NCBI GenBank assembly: GCA_964354975.1
Contig: CAYHBS010000001.1
Coordinates: 56,282-120,281 of the forward strand
Reading direction: 5' to 3'
Length of the DNA: 64,000 nucleotides
Source of the DNA: an uncultured Candidatus Saccharibacteria bacterium
GTDB lineage: Bacteria; Patescibacteriota; Minisyncoccia; Ryanbacterales; HO2-45-13
Positions 36,450 through 48,700 of this stretch are shown here, in pieces. The notes beneath the pieces were generated by a model. It saw nothing but the letters and a program-made list of their open reading frames with translations, made no database searches and was not told the DNA's origin. The number at the start of each line of letters is the position of its first letter. The first letter of the stretch is position 1. The position numbers and the translations under genes were made by a program.

Positions 36450-37322
36450 TTAAAGAACTGCGCGGCCGCTCGCGCCAAAGACAGTAATAATATGTGCGAC
36501 TTCTTCTTTCACTGCGTCTCGCACCGACTTCTCGTATTTATATGAAGCGACTTCGTCGGGATGTTCTTTGAGCGATCGCTCGAGAGCGCTTCGATAAATC
36601 ACGCGCACATTTGTGCTCACATGAATATTACTAATACCCGCCGCAATCGCATCGGTAAATTGTTTATCAGAAAGACCCGATCCACCGTGGAGCACGAGAC
36701 AGATATCTTCCGGCACGGCCGCGCGAATATTCGCGATGCGTTTATTATCAATCTTCTTTTTATTAGCAGCAATCCCATGATGTTCTCCTACGGCAATGGC
36801 AAGACGGTGAACGCCCGTTGCCTCGATAAATGACTGTGCTTCTTCCGGTGTGGTGAGTGTTTTTTCAGGCACCTCAATGACTTCGTTATAAATTTTCGAA
36901 GAGTCGGTGACAATACTTCCAATTTCACCTTCCACACTGACGTGTTCTCCGATCAGTTTACTCATTATAACAACCTCTTTTACCCCTGCGACATTTTCAT
37001 CATACGAAAGTTTTGAAAGATCGATCGCCAGTGAGCGATATCCGTGATCGATCGCGCCGCGTGCACGCTCCACGCTGTGATAATGATCTGCATTGAGGAA
37101 TAACGGCACATGATACGTTTCCGCGACCGATCGGACAAGCGGAGTAGTGAGCGCTTCTCCAAAAAAATCCGCCTCGCTCTCCGACGTACCAATCATGATC
37201 GGTGCGGAAAGCTCACGCGCAGCCTCCGCAATTGCTTGCAGTTGCAGAAAATTTGATACATTTATATGCGGCACCGCCCAGTGCTCCACCGAGGCGGCGC
37301 GTAAATATTCTGATAACGTCAT
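36450..37322 (-). CDS. fba: Class II fructose-bisphosphate aldolase
   Basis: LNADH, VEGEIG, AVGEHHG and LVLHGGSG. Confidence 0.88.
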   Translation of the reverse strand: MTLSEYLRAASVEHWAVPHINVSNFLQLQAIAEAARELSAPIMIGTSESEADFFGEALTTPLVRSVAETYHVPLFLNADHYHSVERARGAIDHGYRSLAIDLSKLSYDENVAGVKEVVIMSKLIGEHVSVEGEIGSIVTDSSKIYNEVIEVPEKTLTTPEEAQSFIEATGVHRLAIAVGEHHGIAANKKKIDNKRIANIRAAVPEDICLVLHGGSGLSDKQFTDAIAAGISNIHVSTNVRVIYRSALERSLKEHPDEVASYKYEKSVRDAVKEEVAHIITVFGASGRAVL

Positions 37323-37372
37323 ACCCACAGCATATCACATTGCACGGGAGTGAAGTATGGCACACTATGTGT

Positions 37373-38359
37373 ATGCAGCATATTGAATTTCTCTCAATGG
37401 GCGATATCACTACTGATGCATTTATTCGATTAGTAGACGCTGATACGCATATGAATCACGGAACCCAGGAGCTCTGTATGCGCTTTGGTGATAAAATCCC
37501 ATATGAATCTGTGGATATTGTGCGCGCCGTTGGAAATAGCGGCAATGCGGCCGTCGCAGCGGCGCGGCTAGGGCTTCATGCTGCGTTCGTAACGAATGTT
37601 GGCGCAGACGAGAATGGAAAAGAGTGTATTGATGAGCTAAAAAAAAATAATGTTGCCGTTGATTTTGTCCGTACCCATCATGGCAAGGCGACAAATTATC
37701 ATTATGTACTCTGGTACCAATCAGAGCGCACCATACTCATTAAACATGAGAAATATGATTATTTTTTACCAGATATTGGAAGTCCGAAGTTAATCTATTT
37801 GTCATCTCTTGGTGAAGCGTCACGTGTATTTCACAAGGAGATGGCTACATATCTTTTATCCCATCCGGATGTGCTTCTCGCGTTTCAACCGGGGACGTTC
37901 CAAATGAAGATGGGATATGAAGAACTGAAAGATATTTATGCTCGTACGTACATTTTTTTCTGCAATAAGGAAGAAGCACAGCGCATTCTTGGTATTACAT
38001 CTCCCGATATTATCAGTCTCCTAAAAGCAATGCATGAACGTGGGCCGCGTATTGTCTGCATCACCGACGGCCCACGTGGAGCACATGCGTACGACGGCGA
38101 GCATATCTGGCAAATGCCCATGTACCCCGACCCAGCACCTCCACTTGAACGCACTGGTGCGGGAGATGCTTTTTCTGCAACGGTTGCGGCGGCACTCATA
38201 AAAGGAAAATCACTTCCGGACGCACTCGCGTGGGGCCCGATTAATTCAATGTCGGTGGTGCAACGTATCGGCGCGCAAGCGGGACTGCTCTCGGAAGCCG
38301 CGCTACAGCAATACCTCACAAACGCCCCTGCAGACTACACAGCAAAAGAAATCAAATAA
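37373..38359 (+). CDS. PfkB family carbohydrate kinase
   Basis: GNSGNAAVAAARLG, CNKEEA, TDGPRGA and RTGAGDAF; start placed at MQHIEF. Confidence 0.9.
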   Translation: MQHIEFLSMGDITTDAFIRLVDADTHMNHGTQELCMRFGDKIPYESVDIVRAVGNSGNAAVAAARLGLHAAFVTNVGADENGKECIDELKKNNVAVDFVRTHHGKATNYHYVLWYQSERTILIKHEKYDYFLPDIGSPKLIYLSSLGEASRVFHKEMATYLLSHPDVLLAFQPGTFQMKMGYEELKDIYARTYIFFCNKEEAQRILGITSPDIISLLKAMHERGPRIVCITDGPRGAHAYDGEHIWQMPMYPDPAPPLERTGAGDAFSATVAAALIKGKSLPDALAWGPINSMSVVQRIGAQAGLLSEAALQQYLTNAPADYTAKEIK

Positions 38360-39358
38360 TTATTTTCGTGATACTGCGCGCTCGGCCGCGACTACAATGT
38401 GACTCACGCCCATACCGAAATGTTCAATGAGTTCTTTCGGTTCTCCTGACTCGCCAAATCGGTCTTTCACGCCAATAAATTCCATCGGCACCGGATGATT
38501 GGCCGCAAGCACTTCTGCAACTGCAGACCCAAGTCCTCCCGCGATTTGATGTTCTTCGACACTCACTACTGCGCCAGCGCGACGCGCAACGTCAACAATT
38601 GTACGTATATCTAGTGGTTTAATCGTGTGCACATTCACCACGATTGCGCGGTGTCCTTTTTTTTCAAGCTCCACTGCGGCAAGCAACGCATTATGGAGCA
38701 GTGGGCCACATCCGATGAGGGCGACATCTGCGCCCCCGGGTGATTCATAAAATATTTCTGCCTTCCCTATTTCAAATGGAGAACCTTCGGTCGTAAACAC
38801 TGGAGTTTTTTCACGGGTGAGTCGTATATATGTTGGTGATGATGTCTTCGCTGCAGCGATCGTGGCCTTGCGTGCCTCAATCATGTCACAGGGCACCAGC
38901 ACCTGCATACGCGGAAGGACGCGCGTGATTGCAATATCTTCGATCGCTTGATGCGTCGCACCGTCCGGACCCACCGATACCCCTGCGTGAGATCCTACTA
39001 TTTTAACCGGCATGTCGTTATAACAAATGGTCGTGCGCACTTGCTCCCATGATCTCCCTGGGCTAAACATTGCGTAACTTGCAATAAACGGAATCTTCCC
39101 CGCACGTGCAAGCCCCGAAGCAACCGAAGCAAGATTCTGCTCCGCAATCCCCGCTTCAATAAAGCGCTTTGGATATTTACGCGCAAAGAGCTCCATGCGC
39201 GTCGACTCCGTGAGATCCGCGCAGAGCGCAACGACGCGTTCATCATTATCGCCAGCAATTACCAGCCCCTCACCAAATCCACTACGGGTGGGCTGCTGAT
39301 CAATGGTTTGTATATCAAGCGCATGCGGCGCTAATTTTGCGGAGAGTTGAACGGGCAT
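38360..39358 (-). CDS. Transketolase C-terminal subunit
   Basis: GIAEQN, GPDGATHQAIED, TIKPLD and EEHQIAGGLGS. Confidence 0.93.
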   Translation of the reverse strand: MPVQLSAKLAPHALDIQTIDQQPTRSGFGEGLVIAGDNDERVVALCADLTESTRMELFARKYPKRFIEAGIAEQNLASVASGLARAGKIPFIASYAMFSPGRSWEQVRTTICYNDMPVKIVGSHAGVSVGPDGATHQAIEDIAITRVLPRMQVLVPCDMIEARKATIAAAKTSSPTYIRLTREKTPVFTTEGSPFEIGKAEIFYESPGGADVALIGCGPLLHNALLAAVELEKKGHRAIVVNVHTIKPLDIRTIVDVARRAGAVVSVEEHQIAGGLGSAVAEVLAANHPVPMEFIGVKDRFGESGEPKELIEHFGMGVSHIVVAAERAVSRK

Positions 39359-39361
39359 GGG

Positions 39362-39514
39362 TTACCGCAACGCAATATAACTTGCTGGATCTAATGAAAC
39401 AATTTGCCCAGTAAAATCCACAGACGCACCAAGCATCATTCCGAGGATGAGCCCAAACATAAATGCACCAGAAACTGCAAATAGCATCTTAAAATGTTCT
39501 GTAATAAATAACAT
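39362..39514 (-). CDS. Small single-TM protein (50 aa) between the transketolase halves
   Basis: MLFITEHFKMLFAVSGAFMFGLILGMMLGAS...; fills the gap with 1-3 nt spacing to both neighbours. Confidence 0.55.
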   Translation of the reverse strand: MLFITEHFKMLFAVSGAFMFGLILGMMLGASVDFTGQIVSLDPASYIALR

Positions 39515-39515
39515 A

Positions 39516-40403
39516 TTACTGGTGTTCACTGGTAATTTTCCCCTGTAACGTTCGTAGTTTGTGTAAAAATATTTTCTCTTGATCCTTTTTTGCAATTGGC
39601 GCGTCCGGCCCCTTCCCGGGGGGCACTCCATGCCACCGGTAATCAAATTCAATTTCTGGAATTCCTTTTCCTGGAATGGTGTGCGCAATAATCATTGTTG
39701 GTTTTTCATATATTGCCGCTGCTTCATCAAATGCATTCGCAATACTTTCAATATTGTGTCCGTCCACTTCAATGACGTGCCAATTGAACGCTTCATATTT
39801 TGCGCGCATTGGTTCGAGCGGCATAATATCTTCTGTCATACCATCAATCTGAATATTATTACGGTCAATAATTGCCGTAATATTTGAAAGTCGGTATTTC
39901 CCCGTAAACATCATCGCTTCCCATACTTGTCCAGCATTTTGTTCGCCGTCTCCCATGAGACAGTAAAAACGCTCCTTTCCTCCGTCCATGCGCGCTCCAT
40001 ACGCCATCCCTGCGGTTTGTGAGAGTCCTGATCCAAGAGGGCCCGATGAGGTTTCAATACCTGGAAGCCTTTCACGATGTGGATGCCCTTGGAGACGTGT
40101 ACCAAATTTGCGTAGTGTGAGCAACTCTGCTACAGGAAAGTATCCCGCATGAGCCATTGTGGCATATTGCACAGGGCAAATATGGCCGTTTGAGAGAATA
40201 ACGCGATCGCGACCTTCCATCTCGGGATGTTGAGGATCGTGACGTAATGTATGAAAATAGAGCACCGTAAAAATATCGGTCATACCAAGGGGACCTGCGG
40301 TGTGTCCTGACCCCGCCGCGACCAACATTTCAACAATAGACTGACGGATTTTCCCGGCAGTTTCTTCTAGTTGTTTGATGTTGTCATCGTGGATGTGTCC
40401 CAT
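39516..40403 (-). CDS. Transketolase N-terminal subunit
   Basis: GSGHTAG, DRVILSNGH, LQGHP, SGPLGSG and the GDGE...DRN ThDP motif. Confidence 0.93.
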   Translation of the reverse strand: MGHIHDDNIKQLEETAGKIRQSIVEMLVAAGSGHTAGPLGMTDIFTVLYFHTLRHDPQHPEMEGRDRVILSNGHICPVQYATMAHAGYFPVAELLTLRKFGTRLQGHPHRERLPGIETSSGPLGSGLSQTAGMAYGARMDGGKERFYCLMGDGEQNAGQVWEAMMFTGKYRLSNITAIIDRNNIQIDGMTEDIMPLEPMRAKYEAFNWHVIEVDGHNIESIANAFDEAAAIYEKPTMIIAHTIPGKGIPEIEFDYRWHGVPPGKGPDAPIAKKDQEKIFLHKLRTLQGKITSEHQ

Positions 40404-41485
40404 GTAGGAAGTGGTTGAAAATATGCATTAAAATTAAGTTCGTTGATGGTGTACGCCTTGATCTGCCTGTCAATAATAGTAAGTTCGAGCAGTAATCCTT
40501 TTGATGTATCCTCGGAAAATCGTTGATCGAACACAAAGTTTCCAAGACTGTATGCAATAAGAGCTCCACGATATTCCTCTACTTCTTGTCCGACATGAGG
40601 ATGGTGCCCGATAACTGCGTCAGCTCCTGCGTCAACCGCAACATACGCAAGCGCGCGCTGACGCGCATTTGCGGTTGTCTGATATTCCTCACCAAAGTGG
40701 AAGGATACGAGTAGTATATCAACTTGTGCGCTTGCCTGCCGGACGATCCTGTCGATATCCTCTTCGCTCGCAATATTGATCCCAGGGCGCTCGCTCGTTG
40801 CCTTGAGCCAGTTCGGCCCAACATCGGAAAATCCAATAAAGCCTATCCGTGTTCCTCCAATGTCCCGTACCACAGGACGCTCCGCCGCGTCCGCGGTCAT
40901 TCCTGCGCCCGTAAGCCCCACGCGCGATCCAGTAAAACGGCGTAGCGTATCGGTAAACGCATCGATATTCCAATCTCCCACGTGGTTGTTTGCAAATGAG
41001 AAAACATCAAACCCCACATCTTCGAGTACGCGTACATTTTCAATTGGCATGCGAAAGGAATAGATGCTCCCAACATTATTACCCATATCAGATACCGGCC
41101 CTTCAAGATTACCAAACGCAATGTCCGCAGGCGAGATAATGTTACGTATGTGTGCAAATGGGAAATAAGGATCTCCGTCGCCCGCTTTCCCCACAATAAA
41201 CTTTACACCGCGATCAAGCATAATGTCCCCCACCGCAATAACACGGATGGAATCATTTTGTGTACGCGCCGCGTCACTTCCCGTCGACGCAACTGCGGCC
41301 ACAAATGGCCGCAATGCTTCCCTACGCTCGCTTCCTTGATAAGAAACCACATCGGCAAACGAGGGTATATATGACACATCGCTGACAAAAAAAGCGAGCG
41401 CATACCCGATTCCTACTATGAACAATGCCCCAATAAATGTGCGGGGTGAATTACGAGCGTGCGAATGACGCGATAAGCGAGTCAT
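40367..41485 (-). CDS. CapA/PGA_cap family metallophosphatase-like protein
   Basis: AVGDIML, NLEGP, ANNH, HFGEEY, GHHPHV and YSLGNFVFDQ; N-terminal TM helix. Confidence 0.9.
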   Translation of the reverse strand: MTRLSRHSHARNSPRTFIGALFIVGIGYALAFFVSDVSYIPSFADVVSYQGSERREALRPFVAAVASTGSDAARTQNDSIRVIAVGDIMLDRGVKFIVGKAGDGDPYFPFAHIRNIISPADIAFGNLEGPVSDMGNNVGSIYSFRMPIENVRVLEDVGFDVFSFANNHVGDWNIDAFTDTLRRFTGSRVGLTGAGMTADAAERPVVRDIGGTRIGFIGFSDVGPNWLKATSERPGINIASEEDIDRIVRQASAQVDILLVSFHFGEEYQTTANARQRALAYVAVDAGADAVIGHHPHVGQEVEEYRGALIAYSLGNFVFDQRFSEDTSKGLLLELTIIDRQIKAYTINELNFNAYFQPLPTWDTSTMTTSNN

Positions 41486-42119
41486 ATTGTGTACGAATAG
41501 ATGATCCAGAGAGTAAGTACGATGCGGAGACGAATCGAGACGCTCCATGTGATGCGCAGGCATGTATAGTGTCCGCATTCACGCCACCGTCAATAGCAAT
41601 GGGAAGCGTGGGATAGAGACGCAGAGACTGTGTGATTTTTTTAGTGGTTCCGTTGTCCATCTGCTGTCCGGATGAACCCGGGGACACCGCGAGGAGCTGC
41701 ATCACATCGAGGAGCCTTGCATCGTCCCCCAGCACCTCAAGGCGAGTGCTCGGAGCGAGACTGAATCCAAACTCCTTCCCGATGCGCTTTGCGGACGCAG
41801 CAATGCTTCGTGATTTCTCGCACCCCTCAAATTGCACAATATATCTCCCGACGTGCGGTCGCAACCAATACGAAAATCGTGTGTCTATGTTGTCCAACAT
41901 TAAATGTAGTTCAATCTGAAATACAGACGTAAGATTGTCGAGATCTTTTGGATCGTGCCAAAGCACATTTGGCGTCAGCGTTCCATCTGCAACATCGATA
42001 TGCACGTGCGTGGGTGCGTGCGGATGATCTTTCAGCTCTCGCTCTACGCGGCGCACTACGTTCAGCACTTCACTAAATGTGCTCGCGTTAACGGCGGGGA
42101 TAATTTGTACCGATTTCAT
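41451..42119 (-). CDS. rpe: Ribulose-phosphate 3-epimerase
   Basis: HIDVADG, ELHLM, VSPGSSGQ and IDGGVN. Confidence 0.88.
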   Translation of the reverse strand: MKSVQIIPAVNASTFSEVLNVVRRVERELKDHPHAPTHVHIDVADGTLTPNVLWHDPKDLDNLTSVFQIELHLMLDNIDTRFSYWLRPHVGRYIVQFEGCEKSRSIAASAKRIGKEFGFSLAPSTRLEVLGDDARLLDVMQLLAVSPGSSGQQMDNGTTKKITQSLRLYPTLPIAIDGGVNADTIHACASHGASRFVSASYLLSGSSIRTQYDSLIASFARS

Positions 42120-42583
42120 GCGCGAGATTGGTGCAATGAAATTTTTTTAATGCGCCGGACATGCCGCGCATCACGAGAAAATGGAGTGCGCAACCATATG
42201 CGCACCGCGTCAAGCGCTTCAGATTCTTTAAGAAATCTTGCACCGAGTGAAAGAACGTTTGCATCATTATGTTCTCGTGAGAGACGAAGGATATCTATAC
42301 TCCCTCCATAATATACTGTGGCACGAATGCGGTTATATTTATTCGCGACAATCGCTTCTCCTTGTCCTGATCCACCAAGCACAACCCCCATTGCCGCTGC
42401 GGAGGCGTCAAGATCGTTCTGCAGTCCGACCATGCACGCGCCTACTATATCTGGATAATCATCCTCACGGTTGAGTTCGTGCGCGCCATAATCGAGACAC
42501 TCGTGACCTTCAGCGATCAGATGAGTTTTTAAATATTCCTTTAGCACGAACCCCGCGTGGTCCGATGCAATGTGAATACGCAT
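42116..42583 (-). CDS. rpiB: Ribose-5-phosphate isomerase B
   Basis: IASDHAGF, DDYPD, GSGQGE, REHNDANVL and RHVRRI. Confidence 0.92.
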   Translation of the reverse strand: MRIHIASDHAGFVLKEYLKTHLIAEGHECLDYGAHELNREDDYPDIVGACMVGLQNDLDASAAAMGVVLGGSGQGEAIVANKYNRIRATVYYGGSIDILRLSREHNDANVLSLGARFLKESEALDAVRIWLRTPFSRDARHVRRIKKISLHQSRA

Positions 42584-42709
42584 AGCACTATGATGCCACA
42601 CACGGTGAAGTAAAACAAAAAAACACCCCCGCTACGCGGGGGTGCTTACCCACACACGCCAGCCTGCCCGATGGTTGGCGGGCGTGTGGGCACGCAGCGC
42701 TTTCGTATC

Positions 42710-45700
42710 TTACTGCGCGAGTATTAACTGTAACTGACGCTGGAGTTCGAGTAACCGTTCACGAAGCGACTCAATCTGTGTGGGAGTAGAGGAGCTCGTA
42801 AGTCCGGGAGGTGGAGCACCGGAGCCTGCACATTGACCAACGGTGGCGCCACTTGCAAGTGCGGCTCTCGTACGCGGTCCCACTCCCCCATGTCCGGTGG
42901 TGGTGGGGTCTCCGCTACATACGCCAAGGCGTTCACATTGGTACCGTTTGAGTGCACGCTCGGTGAGTGCGCCAAAGTAGTCAGATTCCTCGCCGGGTGC
43001 TCCGGGACCGGAGGAAGCGACGGTATGTCCAATCTTGTTCAGGTACTGTTGGAGCGAGTGTACATCAGCCCCAAATTCGCCAAAGACGAGCCAGCGCGTG
43101 ATTGTGATACCGGGTGTGGTGACACTGCAGACTCCGGGATACGCAGATCCCGGTCCTTCAGTAATAATTTCTGATCCATCACTGTTGTAGTTTGCAGAAG
43201 GGCGCGTTGCGACTGTGGGGAGAGAAACATTTCCATGCACATCAAGCGCAAAGATGGCGTAAAAGGTATTGGGCACTGTAACTGCTCCGTCCACAATGGC
43301 TGTCATGGGACCTTCATATATAATCGCGGATCCATCAGCCCCGGAGGCACTCGTCGGGGCGTTTCCTGCTTTCCGCAAAATCCGCACACGCGAGAAATCA
43401 GAATCAGAAGGATTTACCCAGTGGAGTGTCGCAGTGCCATCGCCGTTCTGAACCGCGCTAAATGCAGTCGGTGAGAGTGGAGCGATATAGTCGGAGGTTC
43501 CTCCTCCACTCCCAACACTTCCTCCTCCGACAGTACCTGTGATGGTGCCGGGAAGAATGCGATATGAGATGAATTCTGGGTCAGAAAAAGTTCCTTCATC
43601 ATCGTATGTGAATACCGTGTAGTAGTACGCCGTGCCCACAACTGCAGAGGTGTCCGTATAGGTGGTTCCGGTGATGTCTGCGAGCGCAGTAGCGCGCGAT
43701 GGAGTGAGGATGAAATCGGTGTCGCTTCGCATCACAATGGTTCCTGCATAAAATTCATACTCCGTTGGATTATTCCAGCGTAGAATAATGGAACCACTTG
43801 AAGCGGTGAGCTCCGTGACCTTCGGGGATTTCGGGAGACGTGCAACCGTGTACGTACCTATAATGCTGGAGGTGCGCGTATTTCCAGCGGCATCTCTCGA
43901 TGATACTTGGACGTAATAGATGGTCTTGCGGTCGAGGTTATGAATGGTAACGGTGTGGGACGTCACATACCTCGGATCTTCTTCAGTGAGCTCCCCGAGA
44001 TCTCCGCTGGTACCATATGCCACTCGAGAGGTTGCGGGTTCATTCGTCGTCCATGTGACCACTAGCTGGTCGCCGCGCGAGGAGTCTGCCAAGAGATTCG
44101 AAATGGTAGGCGCGGTGGTATCAGTGATGACGGGGTCTGCTTCACTGTCGTCCGTGGCACTCGTGCATCCGGGGTCGTTGGAGGTAGCAGTGCCGTAGTC
44201 AATCTTGCCGTCTCCGTCATTGTCGATGCCATCCGCACACGCCACCGGGATCACGATATTCACAACAACACTGTCCGTGGACGCGACTGCGCCGGCTTGA
44301 TAGCACGTAAGAGCGTAGGTGGTAGCTTGGATGAGCGTAGGAGTGGTTTGCGTACCAGCAGTCCCCGTCCATGCAGTTCCGGAGGGGTTTGACACCACGG
44401 TGCAAGAACCTGCGTTTGTAGACGACCACTGAATAGCGGCCGTGGTACCGGTGTTGAGTGAAATAGAACCTCCGGTGTATGTGCCGCTGTTTGAGGGACG
44501 CGCCTTGATATCAGCAGTGCTCACGGGATTGATCTCACTGGTGTCGGTGGCACTTGTGCATCCAAAGTCTGCCGGATAGTCGATCTTGCCGTCACTGTCA
44601 TTGTCGAGACCGTCTGCGCAGACTGCGAGCGGCGCGTTGTATTCGTCGTTGTCGGTGCTCGAGGAGCATCCGAGATCAGCGAGATCAATCTTCCCGTCTC
44701 CGTCATTGTCGAGACCGTCGGAGCAGGTATATACAGGAGGTGGTGCGTTGTATTCATCGGTGTCGGTGAGACTCGTGCATCCGGGGTCGTTGTTTGTTCC
44801 GGTGCCAAAGTCAATCTTGGTGTCTCCGTCATTGTCGAGGCCGTCGGAGCAGGCGGGAGGTGGTGCGGTGACAATGGTGAGGCCATCTTGTATGGACCAA
44901 CCGTCAGCGCCAGATGCAAAATCAATATTCCACCACCAAAATGGAGTCCCACTGAAGACGGCGTACTTGGGTCCTGCAATTACCGTTCCATTTTGATTGT
45001 CGAGTTGATCCCCGATATCCGTACCCCCGGGGATGTCGCGCACGTTCAGGAATGTTGTTGTCGTGACTTTCACGGCGTTCCCAATCGCAAACTTCGTACT
45101 CACGGGGGTGGGATTGGATTCATCGTTGTCGGTTGCGAGCACACATCCATAGTCCGCCATGTCTACTTTTCCATCGCCGTCATCATCGATGCTGTTGGCG
45201 CAGAGTGCCGCTACAGGAGGAGGCGTCGTCACACTTACATTACAGCTCGCGCTCGTACTGTTTGACGTGACCGAAACACTCTTAGTGCCGGTGGTGCTGT
45301 AGGTAGTCGAGAATGTTGCTCCCGTGCCTGTGGAAGGAGTGCCTCCGGTCGCAGTCCAGGAGTAGGTGCCGTTTCCATTTGCGGCGGTAAATGAGGCGGA
45401 GGCGCTGGTGTATACCGACTGGGTTGTGGGACTGCAGGTCACTGGGGATATAGGAGATGGTGCGTTGTATTCATCATTGTCGGTGAGACTCGTGCATCCC
45501 GGGTCATTGCTCGCCCCTGTACCGTAGTCGATCTTGGTGTCTCCGTCATTGTCGAGGCCGTCGGAGCAGGCGGCTATGGGTGCGTTGTATTCATCCGTAT
45601 CAGTTGAAGATGAGCAACCAGGATCTGTCGGATAGTCTGTTTTCCCGTCGCCGTCATTGTCGATGCCGTCTGCGCAGACGGCAGGGGGAGGAGGAGTGGT

Positions 45701-48700
45701 GCCCTCGCTCATCGTCACTGTTTTGGTGGACATGTCGTAGGTGACGGTGCGACCATCTACCACAATGCGCAGAACGTTTCCGGAGACAATAGGACTTCCC
45801 ACGACAGGGGCAACTCCGGTTGCGGAGGGATAGAGGAGGGTGACCTGGACAAATCGATTTGACTCGGCATTTGTGGAGAGTTCCACATAGCGGTCAAGCA
45901 CTGCTTCTTCACTTCCGGCTGCAGCGTTCAGTGTTGTTGGACCGCGCAACGTCATCGCTTGATTCGAGTAGACGGTGTTGATGAAGACTTTATTGGTAGT
46001 TCCTGGTTTCGTGAGCGTGAGATTGTTGCCTCCGGGAAGTGAGGGGGTCACGTCTGCGGAATAGTGGTGGCGCTGCTGCCAACGTCGAGCCACGGAACTC
46101 GCGAGATCGTCAATGATCACATAAAATCCATCACTGTTACTCTTGCGCGCAAAGACAAAGTGGCGATCAGCATCAGTGATGGTATCAGGATCAATGGAAC
46201 CATCCGCAAATTCGCCGTGTCGTCGATATGCTTCCCCCAGATCTCCTGCAACGTGGTACATATTCCCCACTCGTTCGTTTTGCGTAATGGAAGCGACTTG
46301 TGGAGAATAACCTTGTAATGTTGGGTTGGAATTATGCTGATACCCCGTTGAATGACATGCGGAAAGTGTGCTATTACACGCCATCACTGGGTTGTGCGCT
46401 CGGCTGGACTGCAAATAAGCATACCCACTACTGTCATATCCTCCGGTGTTGAAGAAGGTGTCCGTAAGAAAGCGTACGCCAAAGGCGTTCAGGATATATC
46501 CTCCCTCATCAGAGTGGCCATGGAATCCACCATGGTTGCCTACCTTTGAAACTAATTGAATATCATTCGTCTGTTCAAATCCGGTGCGCATAAATATTTG
46601 TCCAGATCCTCGTGTTCCAGGATCCACTCCTGGGGCATTGTGTACGCGCACAAAGTCGAGCTCTCCTGCGGGCGCGTTCGATGGCCTCACTTCGGGAATC
46701 GATTTCCCCCACAGCATGATGGTGAGTAGGTCGTCAGTTTCGTAGTCCGCGCGAATATTTGTGGTGGTCATGGCGCCAATTCTTCTCCGATCCATTTCAT
46801 TCCAGTACCACATTGCAGCGCCATCGTTGTAGTACGCGGCGTTCATCGCGTAGGAGGCACGCTTTGAGAGTCCATCGCGACCGTCACCAAACCCAGCTGC
46901 ATTATTAAGATTTGGTGCGGTAATGTGCATGGTATATTCACCAAAACGTTGCAAGATCGGCTTTCCATTAATAATTCGGTATCGGAACAAATCTACACCA
47001 GCATAGTTATTAAGTATGTGGTGCCAGAGATACATATTACTTGTAACTACCGACTGGGTGTAATTGTACGGTTCATACTCGGACCCGGTTGGATCAATAT
47101 TATAGTTCAAGAAATATTTCATCATCGCTTCCCCCTTTGTGATGAGTGATGCGGGCGTGGGACCAGATCCATATCGTGTATAGTTTTTGAGCAGAGTCCC
47201 TGCGCCGTACACCGAACCTACCGCGTGGTACCATTTATTCCCCTTTCCTCTGGGCTGCGAGAGATCTCCCCAGAAATAATCTGTGGACACACTCACCGCT
47301 TCCGCATAAAACAAATCTTCGAGCCGATTACGAATAGAGAGCTCTGATGATGTGGTAAACGAATCGTATGCAATATCCATTGCAACAACCATAGGACTAA
47401 ACACCCCGAGTTCGTGGAGATCAATCAAATTTGGATCCGATGCAGTCGGTTGATTAGGAAACGCGCTGTAGTTGGAGAATCGCGTGAGGGCCGCTTTCAC
47501 CGCAGACATCATTGACGCATCATTTGCAATCGTTGCGCAGATTGCGACGTCACGTACTTTCGGAGCATCATAGAATCCATCGCGTACTGAATATCCAGAG
47601 CCAAATCCACTTGCCGGAAACACTGAATTTTGTACTGCAGATTTCTGACTATCGCAGTCAGCCTTAAACGCAAGCCAATATTTGTTGTTGACTAATGCGC
47701 TGTTGTTGACTTTTGCACGGATATCTACGAGATCTTGATCAGTAAATAACAAATACGGATGGTTTCCGCCATTTCCATTATTCCCTCCTCCCGTCACGGG
47801 TGGTGTAGACACACTCACACTGCAACTTGCGGTCGTGCTGTTTGAAGTCACGGAAACACTCTTGGTACCCGTCGTACTATATGTAGTTGAGAAAGAAGCG
47901 CCAGATCCCGTGGAAGGAGTACCTCCGGTGGCGGTCCAGGTGTAGGTGCCGTTGCCGTTTGCGGCCGTAAACGTAGCAGAAGCACTGGTGTATACCGACT
48001 GTGTTGCGGGACTGCAGGTCACTGGGGATGCGGGAGGAGGAGGATTGTATTCATCAGTATCGGTGAGACTCGTGCATCCGGGGTCGTTGTTTGTTCCGGT
48101 GCCGTAGTCAATCTTGGTGTCCGCGTCATTGTCGAGACCGTCAGCGCAGGCAGTAGGGGGAGGAGGCGCGGTGACTACGGTGAGTCCGTCCTGTATAGAC
48201 CATCCATCTGGAGCATTCGTGTAGTCAATATTCCACCACCAATAGTTCACGCCGCTATAGACGGCAAATTTAGGACCTTCCACTACGGTACCTGTAGCAC
48301 CAGATGGTTGTCCGGTGCCATCACCGACACTCGCTCCTCCTGCGGGCATGCGCACATTCACACCAGCGGTGTTGCTCACGCGAACGGTATTCCCCACCGA
48401 AAATTTCGTGCTCACGGGAGTCGGATTCGATTCACTCGTATCTGCGGGACTTGCACATCCCGGGTCTGCCATATCGATGAGGGTGTCTTCTCCGTCTGTT
48501 CCGTCCACTCCATCGGAGCAATTTGTGGTGGTCACTGGAGGCGTACTCACACTCACACTGCAACTTGCGGTCGTGCTGTTTGAAGTCACGGAAACACTTT
48601 TGGTACCGGTACTCGTATATGTAGTCGAGAAAGAAGCACCTGATCCGGTTGATGGAGTTCCACCGGTAGCAGTCCAGGCGTAGGTACCATTCCCATTTGA

